This document shows positions 1 through 13,644 of a DNA stretch of 64,000 nt, one piece after another. A program made the translations under genes and the position numbers. The stretch's first letter is position 1; the number at the start of each line of letters is the position of its first letter. The notes below the pieces were generated by a model. It ran no database searches. It was not told the DNA's origin and was given only the letters and a program-made list of their open reading frames with translations. The DNA comes from Eledone cirrhosa (lineage: Eukaryota), in contig OZ024756.1 of assembly GCA_964016885.1 (NCBI GenBank), positions 25,854,001 through 25,918,000 of the forward strand, written 5' to 3'.

Positions 1-595
1 TTCCTCCGTCTTTGGTACATCTCAATTCTTTTTTTAGTTTCAACTTCCTTTCTTCAATATTTTAATATCTCACGGTTCTATTTTTGCTCTTTTATTGAAT
101 TTACTATTTTAAATGTTTACACACACACAAAATTCCTCTCAACATCTTACATAGATTAAACACAAAATTCATTTCTCTGTTTTAGTTCGCTCCCAACCTC
201 CTATTCCCGTGTGATTCACACATCCCTTTTACATGTCCATCCGATGGTAGATTTAACATTGATGATACCACTTAGATCTAAATCTAAATTATTTTAAGGT
301 CCATGTGCCGAGTGACCAAGAGACCCGCATGGTTAAAGGATTTCGTAACATCCGATCAGCTATCGACTCCCATTTCCCACCATCCACGCCTCATTCTAGG
401 GGAGCTAACTTATATCCCTCTATCGTTGGATTCAGTCGAAATCAGCCTTGTTGACCTTATTCACCCCACCACTCCTGTGACAGCTAGCTTGCCTCCAACG
501 CCACCTACCAGAACACCAGAGTTAATGCTGTTCATCCAGTCTACCTCTATCGCTAACCTTCCCTCCACCGTCTTCTCCCAATTCAGCATCAAACT

Positions 596-2010
596 GTGTT
601 CTTTGCTACCACCACCACCCCCGTACAAGTCAAATGCCGTTCATGTAGCCTAAGCTATCACAGGAGCTGCTTTGGAATTACAAAGGTTAAAGCAGAAAGT
701 TTTTCAAACTGGCTGTGTAACCAATGCCACTTCAGTTCCGACTTACTTCGCTGGTCAGAACCTTGCTCTGACGCCCAGATCCCTGTTGAGGATTTTGCCA
801 CTGCCCTCCAGAGCTTGTCTGAGTTGAAGCCGGATCCCAAAGGAAACTCAGATCTGTTTTGCCCCTGCTCTATCCAGCAACATCTCAGATCAGATTGGCA
901 GAAACTGTTCTTGTTCCCTTTAGTTTCTCTCCATGTGACTAACTCAAAAACCTCCAGGCTATTGAGCTTCACCAAGCTTTTTTTATACTTAGGAATTACT
1001 TGTTGATTCCTAAGTTGTATTTCCTCGGAGTTATTCTCTCTTACAGATCCTCGTCGTCTGTTTAAAGGTTTGATGACTTAATGTCAGACTATCTCTAGAG
1101 TCCTGCGACTTGGTTGCCTTGCCCAAATGGTTTGGAGTTCTCAGTCTGCATAAATGTTCATCTCTCTCTCTACATTGCTTTCTTTCTTCCATCCATACCT
1201 GCTCCCCTTTAATAGGTGACATCCTCTCCTTTCCAATATGGACTAGTTCCATCAGGGAGATGGATGAAGCTTTACTACAATGGAGACAGCTGGGTTTGTC
1301 TGTTCCCAATACTAACGGGGATAGACGGAAGCAGAGAGTACGGGACAATCTGTGTTCAAGTGAAACTTTTAACTCTCTCTTTGATCATTCTGAACAATTT
1401 TCTAGGTGCTTCTTACTTTCTGTAACTGCAAAATTCTCTGGATTAATACCCTGCCTGTGGCCAAAATTGGTGGTTTTCTCAATCAGGACAAGCTCAGCAT
1501 CTCCATTGCACTCCGAGTGAGAGCCAATGTCTGTGGGTGTCTGAAATGTCTCTGTAGTAGGTCCCTTGACTCCACAAGCCTTTGTGGTTTGTCATGCTGG
1601 TCAGTTTTCCTGCCACACCAAGCTAAACCTGGTCATTAAGTGGGCCCTAGCTTTGGTAAATGTCCCTTCAGTTCTTGAGCCAGCTGGATTATCCAAAATT
1701 GATGGGAAGAGACTAGATGGTCTTAACCTTTGTCCCTGGGCAAGAGACAGAATGCCTCATCTGGGACGCCATACTCAATGACCCTTTTGTGCCTTCCCAT
1801 ATCATGGATGCCGCAGTAAATCACTGCTACTGTATCTGAACATAATAAAATCCTAAAATACTGGGAACTATCAAATAAATATTTTTATTAGTCTGTGGCG
1901 TCCGAGATGTTTGGTGGAGTTGGGTCGCTGACTGCGAAATTCTTGTTATTGTTGGCAGCTCACCATACCAGGGTATCAGGTGATGTCTGTGAGGGTGCCT
2001 AGTTGGTTCA
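596..2010 (+). mobile_element. Degenerate CRE-like (restriction-like endonuclease) non-LTR retrotransposon with an N-terminal PHD-like finger
   Basis: The ORF at 596 has CxxC...HxxC...WxCxxC (PHD-like). Downstream frameshifted pieces read CLKCLC...GLSC and [36 protein letters not shown]...PW, matching the zinc knuckle plus 'EPxGL...DGKRPDG...WDAT' REL endonuclease of CRE-type elements. Many stops and frameshifts. Confidence 0.7.
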
Positions 2011-2429
2011 GTGCCTCAGTCCCATCATCACCTGTGGTAATTCTGCGAGCATGTTGGCTTACCTGTAAATTTCCGTTAACCCTTAGGTGTGCAGCCGATT
2101 TTTGCACTTGGTGGTGGATTGATGGTTGTTTTTCTTGGTTTTTTTTCTCTCACTTTGAACATATATTTTTGTACATTATATTTGAGGTTCCTAACAATAG
2201 GACTGAAACACTTGCTTCAGTGGGGTTTACATCTGTGTTTATATTTTCATTCTCTAAACAATTTGTAATATTATTTTTACAACTGTGAATAACACCCATA
2301 GATATATATATATTCTTTATTGTAGCTTAGTAGTGAGTTTCACCTGTGCACTCATATATATATATCTGTGAGTGTGTGTATGTATCTATGTATATATTAT
2401 ATATATATATACACATATACATATACTAA

Positions 2430-3320
2430 TGTTGAGAGTGAACCTAGATAAGACAAAAGTGTTGATGAGTAGAAAAGAGGACAAAACTTTGAGTGCGTCA
2501 GGGAAATGGCCATGTTCGATATGCAGAAAAGGAACTGGCATAAATTCTATAAAATACACACAATGCAGATCTTGGGTACACAAGAGATGTAGTGGGATAG
2601 CAGGCAAACTAACAGGTAGGGAGAAATACGTATGCAGTAGATGTACAGGGAAATTTGACAGTAGAAGTCGCATTGATAGACACATTTTTCAAATGCAGGC
2701 GGGTGCTATAGAAGTGGTGGATAGCTTCCGGTACCTAGGTGATCAGATTAGCATGAGAGGGGGGGGGTGTTCCGAGGCCATAGTATCTAGAATAAGGACA
2801 AGTTGGAAAAAGTTTAGGGAGCTGCTTCCTCTGCTGACGAAGAAGGTTTTCTCCCTGCGTACAAAAGGCTGGTTATATGATGTGAGGAGCGCGATGCTGC
2901 ATGGTAGTGAGACATGGGCAGCAACTGCAGAGGATATGTGACGGCTGGAGAGAAATGAGGCAAACATGCTCTGTTGGATGTGCAATGTCAATGTGCGTGA
3001 ACGACCGAGCATGGATGTGTTGAGAGAGAAACTGTGTCTGAGAGGGATAGAATGTAGTGTGCGAGAGAGGAGACTGTATTGAGCATGGAGGATGACCGAT
3101 GGGTGAAGAAGTGCCAGGAAATGCCAATTGAAGGAAGACGTAGTAAAAATAGACCACAAAAAACATGGGCGGAGGTGGTGAGAGCAGACCTCAGATCGCT
3201 GAAGCTCACGGCGGAGATGATGAAGGACCGTAACAAGTAGAGAGATGCTGTGCTGAATAGGACCCGTCCCACCTTCGCAATCAGGGAAAAGCAGATGTAA
3301 AATGATGATGATGATGATAT
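2430..3320 (+). mobile_element. RTE-clade LINE 3' fragment (RT C-terminal half) with (ATG)n tail
   Basis: Translates LRVNLDKTKV...EVVDSFRYLGDQI...RSAMLHGSETW...GRRSKNRPQKTW and ends in GATGATGATG repeats typical of RTE. Confidence 0.9.
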
Positions 3321-3515
3321 ACATATATATGTGTGTATCATCATCTCATCATCATCATCTTCGTTTAACGTCCATTTTCCACACTAGCATGGGTATATAT
3401 AACAAAGAAGGTGTGGTAAGATACCAGGTGGACCACAACGCACCAGAGTACTCAAGTTAGTGAACCAAAAGTCATGTAAATTTATAATCCACTAAACTCT
3501 ATACACACACACACA

Positions 3516-3549
<34 letters not shown>

Positions 3550-4032
3550 AGTGACACAACAAAAAGCACCCAGTCCACACTGTAAAGTGGTCGTGTAGGA
3601 GGCATGGTAAAAAGGCTCCCAGTCCACACTGTAAATGTGGTTGGTGTTAGGCAGGGCATCCAGCTGTAGAAAACCTGCCAGGGACAGTACAAGCGAGGCA
3701 CAGTCTCTCGACCAATCCTGCCTCAAGTGAGAACAAAACCGTCCAACCCATTCTAGCATGGAAGATGGACGTTAAACGATGATGATGATATATAATATCA
3801 ATGAATACCAGCTGTAGCTGGGGGTTAGCCCTGCAATGGACTGTTATCCTGTTTCGGTGTGTGCGTGTGGGTGGGGGGATTCTCAGTCGCTTAAATGTCA
3901 ATGAAACCAGGTTAAGCACCTACCTGATAAGCCTTCGGGCTTTGTTCAGACTAACTTATATATATGTTTATATATATATATATATGTAGGAGGTGAGTTT
4001 TACTTGGAACTCTTTTAACCATCTTTTGATCT

Positions 4033-4070
<38 letters not shown>

Positions 4071-4164
4071 TATATGCAGTCAAATGCACAGGTGAAATGC
4101 ACTGGTTAAGATCTGTAAGTCCATTATTCCATTCTAAACTATCAAAGAGTATATATATATATGC

Positions 4165-5317
4165 AAGTTAGCAGTAGTATAGTGAATAAAGCAATCAAAG
4201 ATATGAAGACAGGTAAGGCAGCTGGACCTTTGGTGATAGTTGTGATGTAAACCAAGTAATACAAAATGGTGTCATACCAAATGACATCATTAACTGCTAT
4301 AAGGGCAAAAGATGCTCTAGACAAGGGGTGTGCAACATATTCCATTGGTAGGCCACTTTTGAACATTGGAACAACTATTAGGGCCATTAATATTTATTAA
4401 GTACTATTCCAAAGATTCTTCACAACTTCTTTCCATAACACAGAACTGGGAAATGTGTGTTATAATTTCCCAGTTGGAATTAAGAGGACTGAGAGTGAAC
4501 CTAGCTAAGACAAAAGTGTTGATAGGTAGAAAAGAGGCCAAAACTCTGATTCCGTCAGGGTTCGATATGCAGAAAAGGAACTGGCATGAATACTATAAAA
4601 TGTACACAATGCAGATCTTGGGTACACAAGAGTTGTAGTGGGATAGCAGGCAAACTAACGGGTAGGGAAAAATACATATGCAGTAGATGTACAGGGAAAT
4701 TTGACGGTGGATGTCGCATTGATAGACACATTTTTCAAGTGCAGGTGGGTTCTTTGGAAGTGGTTGATAGCTTCCGGTACCTAGGTGATCAGATTAGCAT
4801 GGGAGGGAGATGTTCCAAGGCCATAGTATCTAGAATAAGGATGGGTTGGAAGAAGTTTAGGGAGCTGCTTCCTCTGCTGACGAAGAAGGGGCCGGTTAAA
4901 TGATGCCTGTGTGAGGTGCGCAGCAACTGCAGAGGATATGCAGCAAGCATGGTCCATTGGAAGTGCAATGTCAATGTACGTGAACGACCGAGCATGGATG
5001 TGTTGAGAGAGAAACTGTTTAAGAGGGATAAGTTGTAGTGTGCGGGGGAGAAGACTGCGATGGTATGGACATGTGATGCACATGGAGGATGAACGCTGGG
5101 TAAAGAAGTGCCAAGAAATGCCAGTAGAAGGAAGACGTAGTAGAGGTAGACCACGAAAAACATGAGCAGTGGTGGTGAGAGCAGACCTCAGATCGCTGAA
5201 GCTCATAGATGACAGATGACAAAGGACCATGACAAGTGGAGAGATGCTGTGCTGAATAGGACCTGTCCCACCCTTGCAAACAGGGAGAAGCGGACATAAC
5301 CTGATGATGATGATGAT
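4165..5317 (+). mobile_element. Second RTE-clade LINE fragment, same family as 2430-3320
   Basis: Near-identical RT stretch (LRVNLAKTKV, EVVDSFRYLGDQ, LRWYGHVMHM), an upstream 'KAIKDMKTGKAAGP' RT-start remnant, and a (GAT)n tail. Confidence 0.88.
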
Positions 5318-6057
5318 ATATATATATATATATATGTTAAGTATTTCCAAAGGAAAAAACAAAGGAAAGAAGAGTGCTCTATCTATAGTACAGAGTTATT
5401 TAATTATATATATATATTTAGTTGCTATGTACCTAATGTGTATATAAAGAAGTAAAGCAGATGTAACCTAAAACAGTTTAGTTATTGTGAAGAAAGTTAT
5501 GTGAAGGGGAAAACAATGTGATATCTACTTAGTCCATTTACACCTTCCATTGTACTTAAAAGAGTCACTACGGGGAGGGGGACGCTGTTTAACCCCAGGT
5601 CATACCCTAATGATCAAAACGCTCTAGACATGACTCTTTATTATGTTTATTATCGAATGTGTCCTTTATTAGAAAGATGATAGTATGTAATTTGATGGAT
5701 CTTTAACTGCTGTTTCTAACAAGACAGGCGAACTCGTACAGATTTCCTATGGTTCTACGTGGTTGTTCCGTTAGATAGAAGTAGTAGTTAAATCTCCCTT
5801 AGACCTCACATTACTGTCTTTTTTTTAAAACATAGTGTTTGAATAAAAAGATGAGGCACAACAGACGAGGGTGAACGTTCATGAATCGTAAGTATGGATG
5901 CATATAATAAATATAATCGAGATAACAAATTTGGATAAATTTGTGTGGCAACGATTATTTGGTTGGATTACGATCCAAGTCCTTGATCTTTCATACAAAC
6001 TCCAATGCATTCCAACAATGAAAGCATTGGAGAAAAAAACGGAAGTGTTTGTTTCCT

Positions 6058-6100
<43 letters not shown>

Positions 6101-7018
6101 TTTCCGTATTAAAACTATTTACTATCTTGATTATTTGCCTGATATCCTTCCGTACACACTGATCATGAACGTCAATTTTGGGGCCTAACGTTTATTAGTT
6201 TTACTAAAGGTGAGGATGGTCACAGCTGGAATTCCTTCGATTATCCGATTCTGTTAGGTCAGCTGGATCAGGCACTAGCCCAAGGTTAAACAACAACAAC
6301 CATGTCTCACAATATATATATATATATAGTTTTTATTAATGTTTATACACTTAACATGTATACGCGACCTTAGGTGCCAGGGTCCAGTTGTGGCTACCAC
6401 TGTATAGTGGAGAGGTTCTAAAATTGGCTTTTCTCGTCAGGCCAAGGGCATAGATTCTCTATGTGTGTGTATGTATATATATATATATATTTATATAGGT
6501 ATCTGTGTGTGTATACTATACGTTCCTTATGTTTAGAGTATTAAGTTTTACTCGTCTTAATAGTAACATCTCGTAACACACAGACACAGTATTGACTGTG
6601 GAGAGAATGAGTATAATCTTTATCAAGGCCAAGCTTGAGTCTTGTTACTCTGGAGTTATCTTTCTCTCTCTGTATATATATTATATGAGAGATGTATATA
6701 TATAAAATATGTGAATGCAGAGAAGTGTCCTAGTAATAATTATATACGAAGTTCTATTGACAGCTGGAGAATAAAACAATTATTGAAAATAAAATATATT
6801 CGATTTAATGGTTTTCTCCATTGGCGGTAAACATATGGTAGTGACTGTGTGTGTAAAAAAAAAACGTTAAAAATTCACAAAATGTCTCAATTTTTTTATT
6901 TAGAGATAAACAAACATTTCCTGATGTAGTATGTAATTGAGTGCGTATGTCGTCTCACTTTCTCTGTCTGCCTGATCCATATTTAACAGTTCGTAGTTGA
7001 ACCACTAACAACGAAGTT

Positions 7019-7100
7019 ATTGTCATTTGCGGATGGTCTTAGCCAAGTATATATAGATATATATATATATAATTGGCTAAGACCATCCGCAAATGACAAT
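7019..7100. repeat. Perfect 28-bp inverted repeat around a (TA)n spacer
   Basis: ATTGTCATTTGCGGATGGTCTTAGCCAA (7019-7046) is the reverse complement of 7073-7100. Confidence 0.95.
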
Positions 7101-7933
7101 TAGTTAGAGGGAACCCTGACTCAAACGAACTCTAACGTGCGTATATGTAATGTATCCGGCGAATAGGACGAGATATTTTCGTTTTTCTTTTCATTCGAGG
7201 TCTATTGTCAATGATACTCTCGCCGTTTTATTTTATTATTTTTGTTATTGTTCATGAATTGTATAGCCTGGACGACTTTGTGTCTTGTTCTTAAGGTTGT
7301 GGGGGTGTAGTACAAAGGAAATATGGCTGCTATTTCAAGCAGGTCGAGCAACCATGTAGAGGCTCATAGAGTTGTATTTCAACATGTTACCTGTCTCTTA
7401 GTTGAGGGCTTCAGTCGCTGGAAAAAAATGTTTGTCTTAGAGAGTTTTCTCGGTGATGGAACAGTCACTGTCGGCTGTTTCAATTTATAAATCATATTTT
7501 CTAGATTGAGAAGTGAAACTTTGCACTAAATAATTCTGGAGTAATCTTGAATGGAAACTCTCTCCTCTTACATGGTCATTCGACCTGCTAGATACAACAA
7601 CCAAATCTCTCACATCACATACCCTATTTGTTTTGTTTTTTGTATTTTTAATGTGAAAATAAAGAAGAAAAAGACAATGGCAGAATTGCTTTTGATCCTC
7701 GCTGGAATTTAATTATAGTTTTATCTTTCTAGTAATTAATACACTAATTATATCAGTAATATTTATTTATTATATCACTAATATCATCATCATCATCATC
7801 ATTTAACGTCCATATTCCACGCTTGCATGGGTTTGGACGGGAGTTTTCCCACTTGAGGCAAGAGTGGTTGTCTTGCTCGCATAGGACTGTCTGGTGAATA
7901 ATATCAAATATTACCCCGTTACAAGTATGACTA

Positions 7934-8186
7934 TATTTAATCTTTCAAACATTTATTAACTAACAACTGTTTCATCCTAGCACAAGGTAGAATCTTCAGA
8001 GTTGGTTACCTTATATAAATATTAATGCTTGCTCTTATCTAACCTCTCATAATATGTATCCTCCAAATATTCCCGAAGCAAAGTTTAGATCCTATATTTG
8101 TATTTAACTCTTGTAATAACTCTGAAGATTTCTGTCTTGTGCTAGGGTGACAGTCATTAGTTATTAAATGTTTGAAAAATTAAATA
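7934..8186. repeat. Imperfect ~70-bp inverted repeat whose arms carry hammerhead-like cores (Penelope-like terminal remnant)
   Basis: 7934-8003 is approximately the reverse complement of 8118-8186. The minus-strand arm reads AACU-CUGAAGA-stem-GAAAC-AGUU-GUU-AGUU-AAUAAA. Confidence 0.6.
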
Positions 8187-9850
8187 CTCTTTGATTATTA
8201 TTCACATTATATATATATGTATGTGTATGTATCAGACACACATATTTGAAAAAAAGAAAAAAAATGACTAATAAGTCCTTTGTTAACCTTGGTAGAAAGT
8301 TGTTTTTTTAAAATCATGGTTAACTTTCTGGAGAAAGTCCTCCAGAAAGTTAACAAAGGACTTATTAAATTCTACATAGCAAAATTATAAAATTAAATTG
8401 TTATAGAATACCAACTGCAAGTGAAGCCATTCTTTTCATTTTTTCAAATATACCTAACTGTACCAAGGATCTTACACATTTTCCAATATATATATACATA
8501 TATGTGTGTGTGTGAAGTGAAGTTAGTGGTTGTTGTGGAAGATGATAAACACGACAAATACAATAGTTTTGGTTAGATATATAATTTTACTTCACTTTAG
8601 CAAAAAGAATGAAAGTTTTGAATCATAAAAATATCAAGTTTGATGGTAGTACTCACAAATGACTACAATGTTTTTTAAAAAAAAAGGCTTCTGTGTTGTC
8701 TATATTATGAAGAAGCAGATGATTGAGTGTGGTTGAGCCCTTGTTGACAGGGTCAAAGTTTTTTGCTAAGTGCTAGATCTCGCAGGTGGAAATGATGCTT
8801 CTCTCCTGAAGAACCAGAATCAAATGGTTGGAAGAAAAACTTATCTCACTTCACCCCAAGCTAGCCAGCCACTCCCGACTACTGTGATAAAGAGAGATAG
8901 CAGCCATATGGAGGTCAGCGTGTGCGAAGAGATTTTGCTAGATATATATCACAAAATATAGATCAAAATAAATTATCTCAATCATATTATAAGGATAAAG
9001 ATCACATAACTCCGTGTGGAGTCATACAGCATGTCTAAGGCACATTTAAACCTGACGAACCCAACCCTCTCCAGGTCTGAATACAACTGATTTTTTCTAT
9101 AAGAATCAACCCCAGTACTGGACTGGTACTTTTTTTTATCAACTCAAAAGGATAAAAAGCAAAGTTAACCATGGCAGGATTTGAACTCAGAGAGTGCAAT
9201 GAGGTGGGAGCATTCTATCCAACGTCTTAACAACTTTGCCAATTTGCCACCTATAATCATATTATACCATAAATAAATAATATATATACATAATGACAAG
9301 GTCACAATGAGTGTATACGTAGACAGGGAATTAACTACTGACAGTTCAGTCATCCTTTCATAGCAATCTGCGACTTTAGCTGCCCTTTAGTTTCATTCTT
9401 CACAACCAGGACCATGCTGGAGTACCACATAACTCCTCTCAACAAAAAAGATAACAGAAACAAGTTGTGTGATATATATATATTTATTTCAACGCAATTA
9501 CAGTGAAAACCTGGATATTTCCAGCAATTATTGTTCTTTCAATCTTTTCTTTACACAAACTTCGTGATGGGGGGAAAAATATTTCATTCCACAAACAATA
9601 AATAAAAGATGTTTATTAAATTATTGTTTTTTAGTTGTTATTTTCACTTCTGTCTGATGTTATTTATTTTCTAAAAAGTGTTTATCACGTCCCATATTGT
9701 GGTCACCAACCTATGTTTGTAACCAGATTACCAGCACACCTCCCATACTGTGGTTACTAATACATTTTCTTTATTGTTACCAACATATTTCTTGTATTGA
9801 ATTTACAGATACATGTCTCATACTGTGGACATCAATCTGTTTGTTTTCCA

Positions 9851-10082
9851 GGTCACCAACATATCTTTATATTGTGGATACTAATGTGACTGTATCCTGG
9901 TCACCAACATATCTTTATATTGTGGATACTAATGTGACTGTGTACTGGTCACCAACATAACCCTATATTGTGGTTACTAATGTGACTGTGTACTGGTCAC
10001 CAACATAACCCTATATTGTGGTTACTAATGTGACTGTGTATTGGTCACCAACATAACCTTATATTGTGTCTACTAATGTGAT
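9851..10082. repeat. 48-bp minisatellite, about 5 copies
   Basis: GGTCACCAACATAWCYYTATATTGTGGWTACTAATGTGACTGTRTMCT recurs at 9851, 9899, 9947, 9995 and 10043. Confidence 0.92.
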
Positions 10083-10915
10083 TGTTGCTTTGTTACCAAC
10101 ATATTTCAATAGTGTGGTTACCAGTCTATGTGAACGACCCAAACACATTTCCATACTGTTACCAATATATTTATGGAATTACATCAGCTGAAAATTCATC
10201 ACAATGCATCATATATATATATATATCATCATCATTTCTGTTTAATGTCAATTTTTCCACGCATGCATGGATTAGACGGGTCGTTCACACTGGGAGGCAA
10301 GTCTGGCAAGGTGTTGCACCTTGCTCTGGCAGGGACTGTTAATTTGGCCATGTATTTTACAGCTGGATGCCCTTCCTAACACCAACCACATTTACAGTAT
10401 TGGACTGGATGGTTCCGTTATGAGGAAGGACAGGCCAGTTGTATATGTATATATATATATATATATTATTTACATGCTATGCTATACTAACAGATTGCAA
10501 TGCCATGGTTACAGTGTGGTTATCTACAAGTCTCCATTCTGGTTACAAACATGTTTCCTACAGTATATAATATGTTTTATGGTGGTGTAGTGTGGTTAAA
10601 AACAGATTCCCACAATATTGGTACTGATATATTTCCCATGGTCAGCTCCATAGTGTGACTGTAGTTGGCAACAATTCCATGGTAGAATTACCATTACCAA
10701 CAAATAGCAGAATTACAAATTAAGACTCCTCTGCTCCTTCAAAACATTGTCACAGATATATGTACAAAAATAGAATTCTCTCCAAAATATTCAGATTAAG
10801 GAATTATAAATCCAGTGTTCAAAACAAAACCTGAAGAAAATGTGAAGGAATTGGTTAAAAAAAAAAAAAAAAAAAAGGCATTGAAAGTGAAGATTATGAT
10901 GTGTGTGTGTGTGTA

Positions 10916-11481
10916 TCTATATATCTATATATATAAAACTGAGGATGTCTGTCTGTGTGTGTGTGAGTTTGAATCCCTAAAACTAGAGAAACACCCAACC
11001 GACTGTTTTCAATCTTTACACATGTAATACTTGTTTCAGGGAGTGTTCTGAGCAAAAAAAATTTCAAATTTTCAATGCCCTAGGGACCGCATTAAGCGAT
11101 CTCTCTCTACAATTCTTAGTCTTTCTCTTTTTAGATAGATACATACATATAACGTCGCGCCCTTATAATATCTGTCTGTATTACGTCACTTCCTACAATT
11201 CGCTCGGCGTCCAGAACGCGCCCTTATAATATCTGTCTGTATGTCTGCTGCCTCCAGTTATTCTGCTACCCTTGCTCAAGACAAATCTCACACTCATTCC
11301 CCAAACAGTTGGTAAGTGCACACACCTACTTCCTCACGTTTTAAGCCACAGTGTTGCGTACTTACGTACCACCAGGCCCTTACTTCTTTGCCAGCCGTGG
11401 TTGTGGCAATACTAAGCTTAGTTAAGGCGGTTATATATTTCACAATACCTTATCCCGTGCAACGCCGGGTACTACTGCTAG
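10916..11481 (+). mobile_element. Non-autonomous Helitron
   Basis: Begins A|TCTATATATCTATATATATAAAA. Ends with the GC hairpin CCCGTGCAACGCCGGG followed by CTAG|T, the canonical Helitron termini in an A|T site. Confidence 0.75.
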
Positions 11482-11725
11482 TATATATATATATATAAAT
11501 ACACACACACATATACTTGTGTTATATAGTTTCCTTATTGGAAGCAGGTGCTGTGATTAAGAAAATCATGGTGTAATACAGAAAGAGCACTCAACACCAT
11601 TTGTAACCTATCAATCTTGATATGGAATTGTATAATAAGACAACACAAATGCTGGATTTTATATCTTTAATTATACAATTGCGTAATTAAAGATATTATT
11701 AAATGCAGCCTTCATGTTGGCTTAT

Positions 11726-11762
<37 letters not shown>

Positions 11763-11992
11763 CATACATATATACACATACATTAAGATACCTGACTGAA
11801 TAGTGGTAAAATTCCTGTTAAAGCCACCATTTTGATCCCCTTTGACCCAACTGGCTAAAATCACATCAAAGAACACAACTGAATCCCCAAGACATTGTTG
11901 GATGCTCCTATAATTAAAACATACGAGAAATCTCCGGTGTTTTAATACTGAGTTAGAATGTTCATATGGTGGTTGCTTTGTCCTACCATGTA

Positions 11993-12125
11993 GACTGAGG
12001 CCATGTTGAGTGTTTATGTAGTGGATGCTCTGTACAGCCAGATGGATTGAGGCCATGTTGAGTGTTTATGTAGAGGATGCTGTGTACAGTCAGATGGACT
12101 GAAGCCATGTTGAGTGTTTATGTAC
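11993..12125. repeat. 52-bp tandem repeat, about 2.5 copies
   Basis: CCATGTTGAGTGTTTATGTA at 12001, 12053 and 12105. Confidence 0.9.
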
Positions 12126-12359
12126 AGAAAAAACAGCAGTAAGCAATACCATGTTTTTCCTTTTTCACCATTCTCTACTTCATTAACCCTTTAGTATTTA
12201 CATTACTCTATATTTACTATTGTATTTTCGTGGTAACAGCTTTATCTCACATAATATCAAATCTAAGATTTTGATATTTATTTTGAGAACAATACCTTAA
12301 CATCAGTATTAGTGGCCAGTTACAGCCGGTTTAAATATCTGAATTGTTACTAGGTTTTC

Positions 12360-12905
12360 TAGATACCATAAAAACACGCCTATCTATCTGTCCTGTGTAT
12401 ATACCAGCACTATCAGCATCATTATTTCATGCGTTTTACAACACTTGCATTCGTTGGGTGTGTTTTCTCCAGGACAGTATCTTGCCATTTATTTACAATG
12501 TTTTCTCATCTCCTCCACAAGGTTTAGCTTCTTGAGATTTGCCTTCACATCTTTACTTTATGCACAGCTGTCATCCTCCATACACATCACATGTCTGTAC
12601 CAGCACAGTTGTTCCTCTTGAACATTCCATCCGATTCCTTTTATACCTAGTTTTTCTATCAGCTCATTTCTCCTCCACTGTTCTAACATTCATTACATAT
12701 CCTCCACATTCAATACCTGTGTTTTACTATCATGAAACATCACACTTTAAATTCCCCTTGTTCTGATCTGGAGAGCTATATTAAATAGGAAGAGGCTAAG
12801 GACTGAGCCCTGATGGACGCCACCTAACTACACACTAAATTCCTCGTTCAACTCATTTTAACCCTCGCCTTGCTGAAGGCTTCCCTGTACGTAGTTTGCA
12901 CAGCT
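12360..12905 (-). mobile_element. Old RTE-like LINE RT remnant
   Basis: The minus strand gives 'GVHQGSVLSL' (RT GVxQGS motif) and an 'LCWYRHV'-like RTE C-terminal remnant; heavily decayed. Confidence 0.55.
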
Positions 12906-13644
12906 CTCACAGATATTCCTTTAAAGATGAAAGATGACACATAAGAAACTGAGAAATGATTCATCAGCTTCAGATGATTATATATATACACGCACACATA
13001 CATACATAATATTATATATAGAGAGACTGAGATAGAAGTTTCTCAGGACCAAATGTGTTGTTGTTGTTGCTACAGTTCACACCTACGTAGTTTAGCTGGC
13101 ATCCAATGAGGTATCTCATAGGAGATCTCTCAGGTATTTTAATGATAGGGGCCCCAGTCCTTGATGTTTTGTGTGTGTAAAGATGGGGAAATCTAAAGGT
13201 AACCCTAAAATGGGTGACTTTTTGGTTTGTTCTGAAATAGAACTGGTATTGTTCTTTGTAGAACTGGTATTTTATTTAAAAAAAAAAAAAAAAAAAATGA
13301 GAAGAAAAATTGTCCTGAATATAAATTCCAACATGAAATATTATGAAGATAAGATCAGTCATAAAGTTATGACCAGACAGTGAACAATACCCCACACAAA
13401 AAAAAAAAAAATGATTAGTTGTCATTGACAACATGTTGAAACATATTTACAATCTTTTCAACCAGGTTTCGTTTCCCATCAGCTGGTAAAATACCCTGGC
13501 TTAATATATATATATATATACATATGTATGTACGTATGTGTGTATTGTCACTTCCCTCTTGGAAGAAAGTTTCATGTACATAAATAACTAACATGAGAAG
13601 GCAGCTGGAGATGGCCATTTATTCATACGCTCGGTGTAGGTGCC

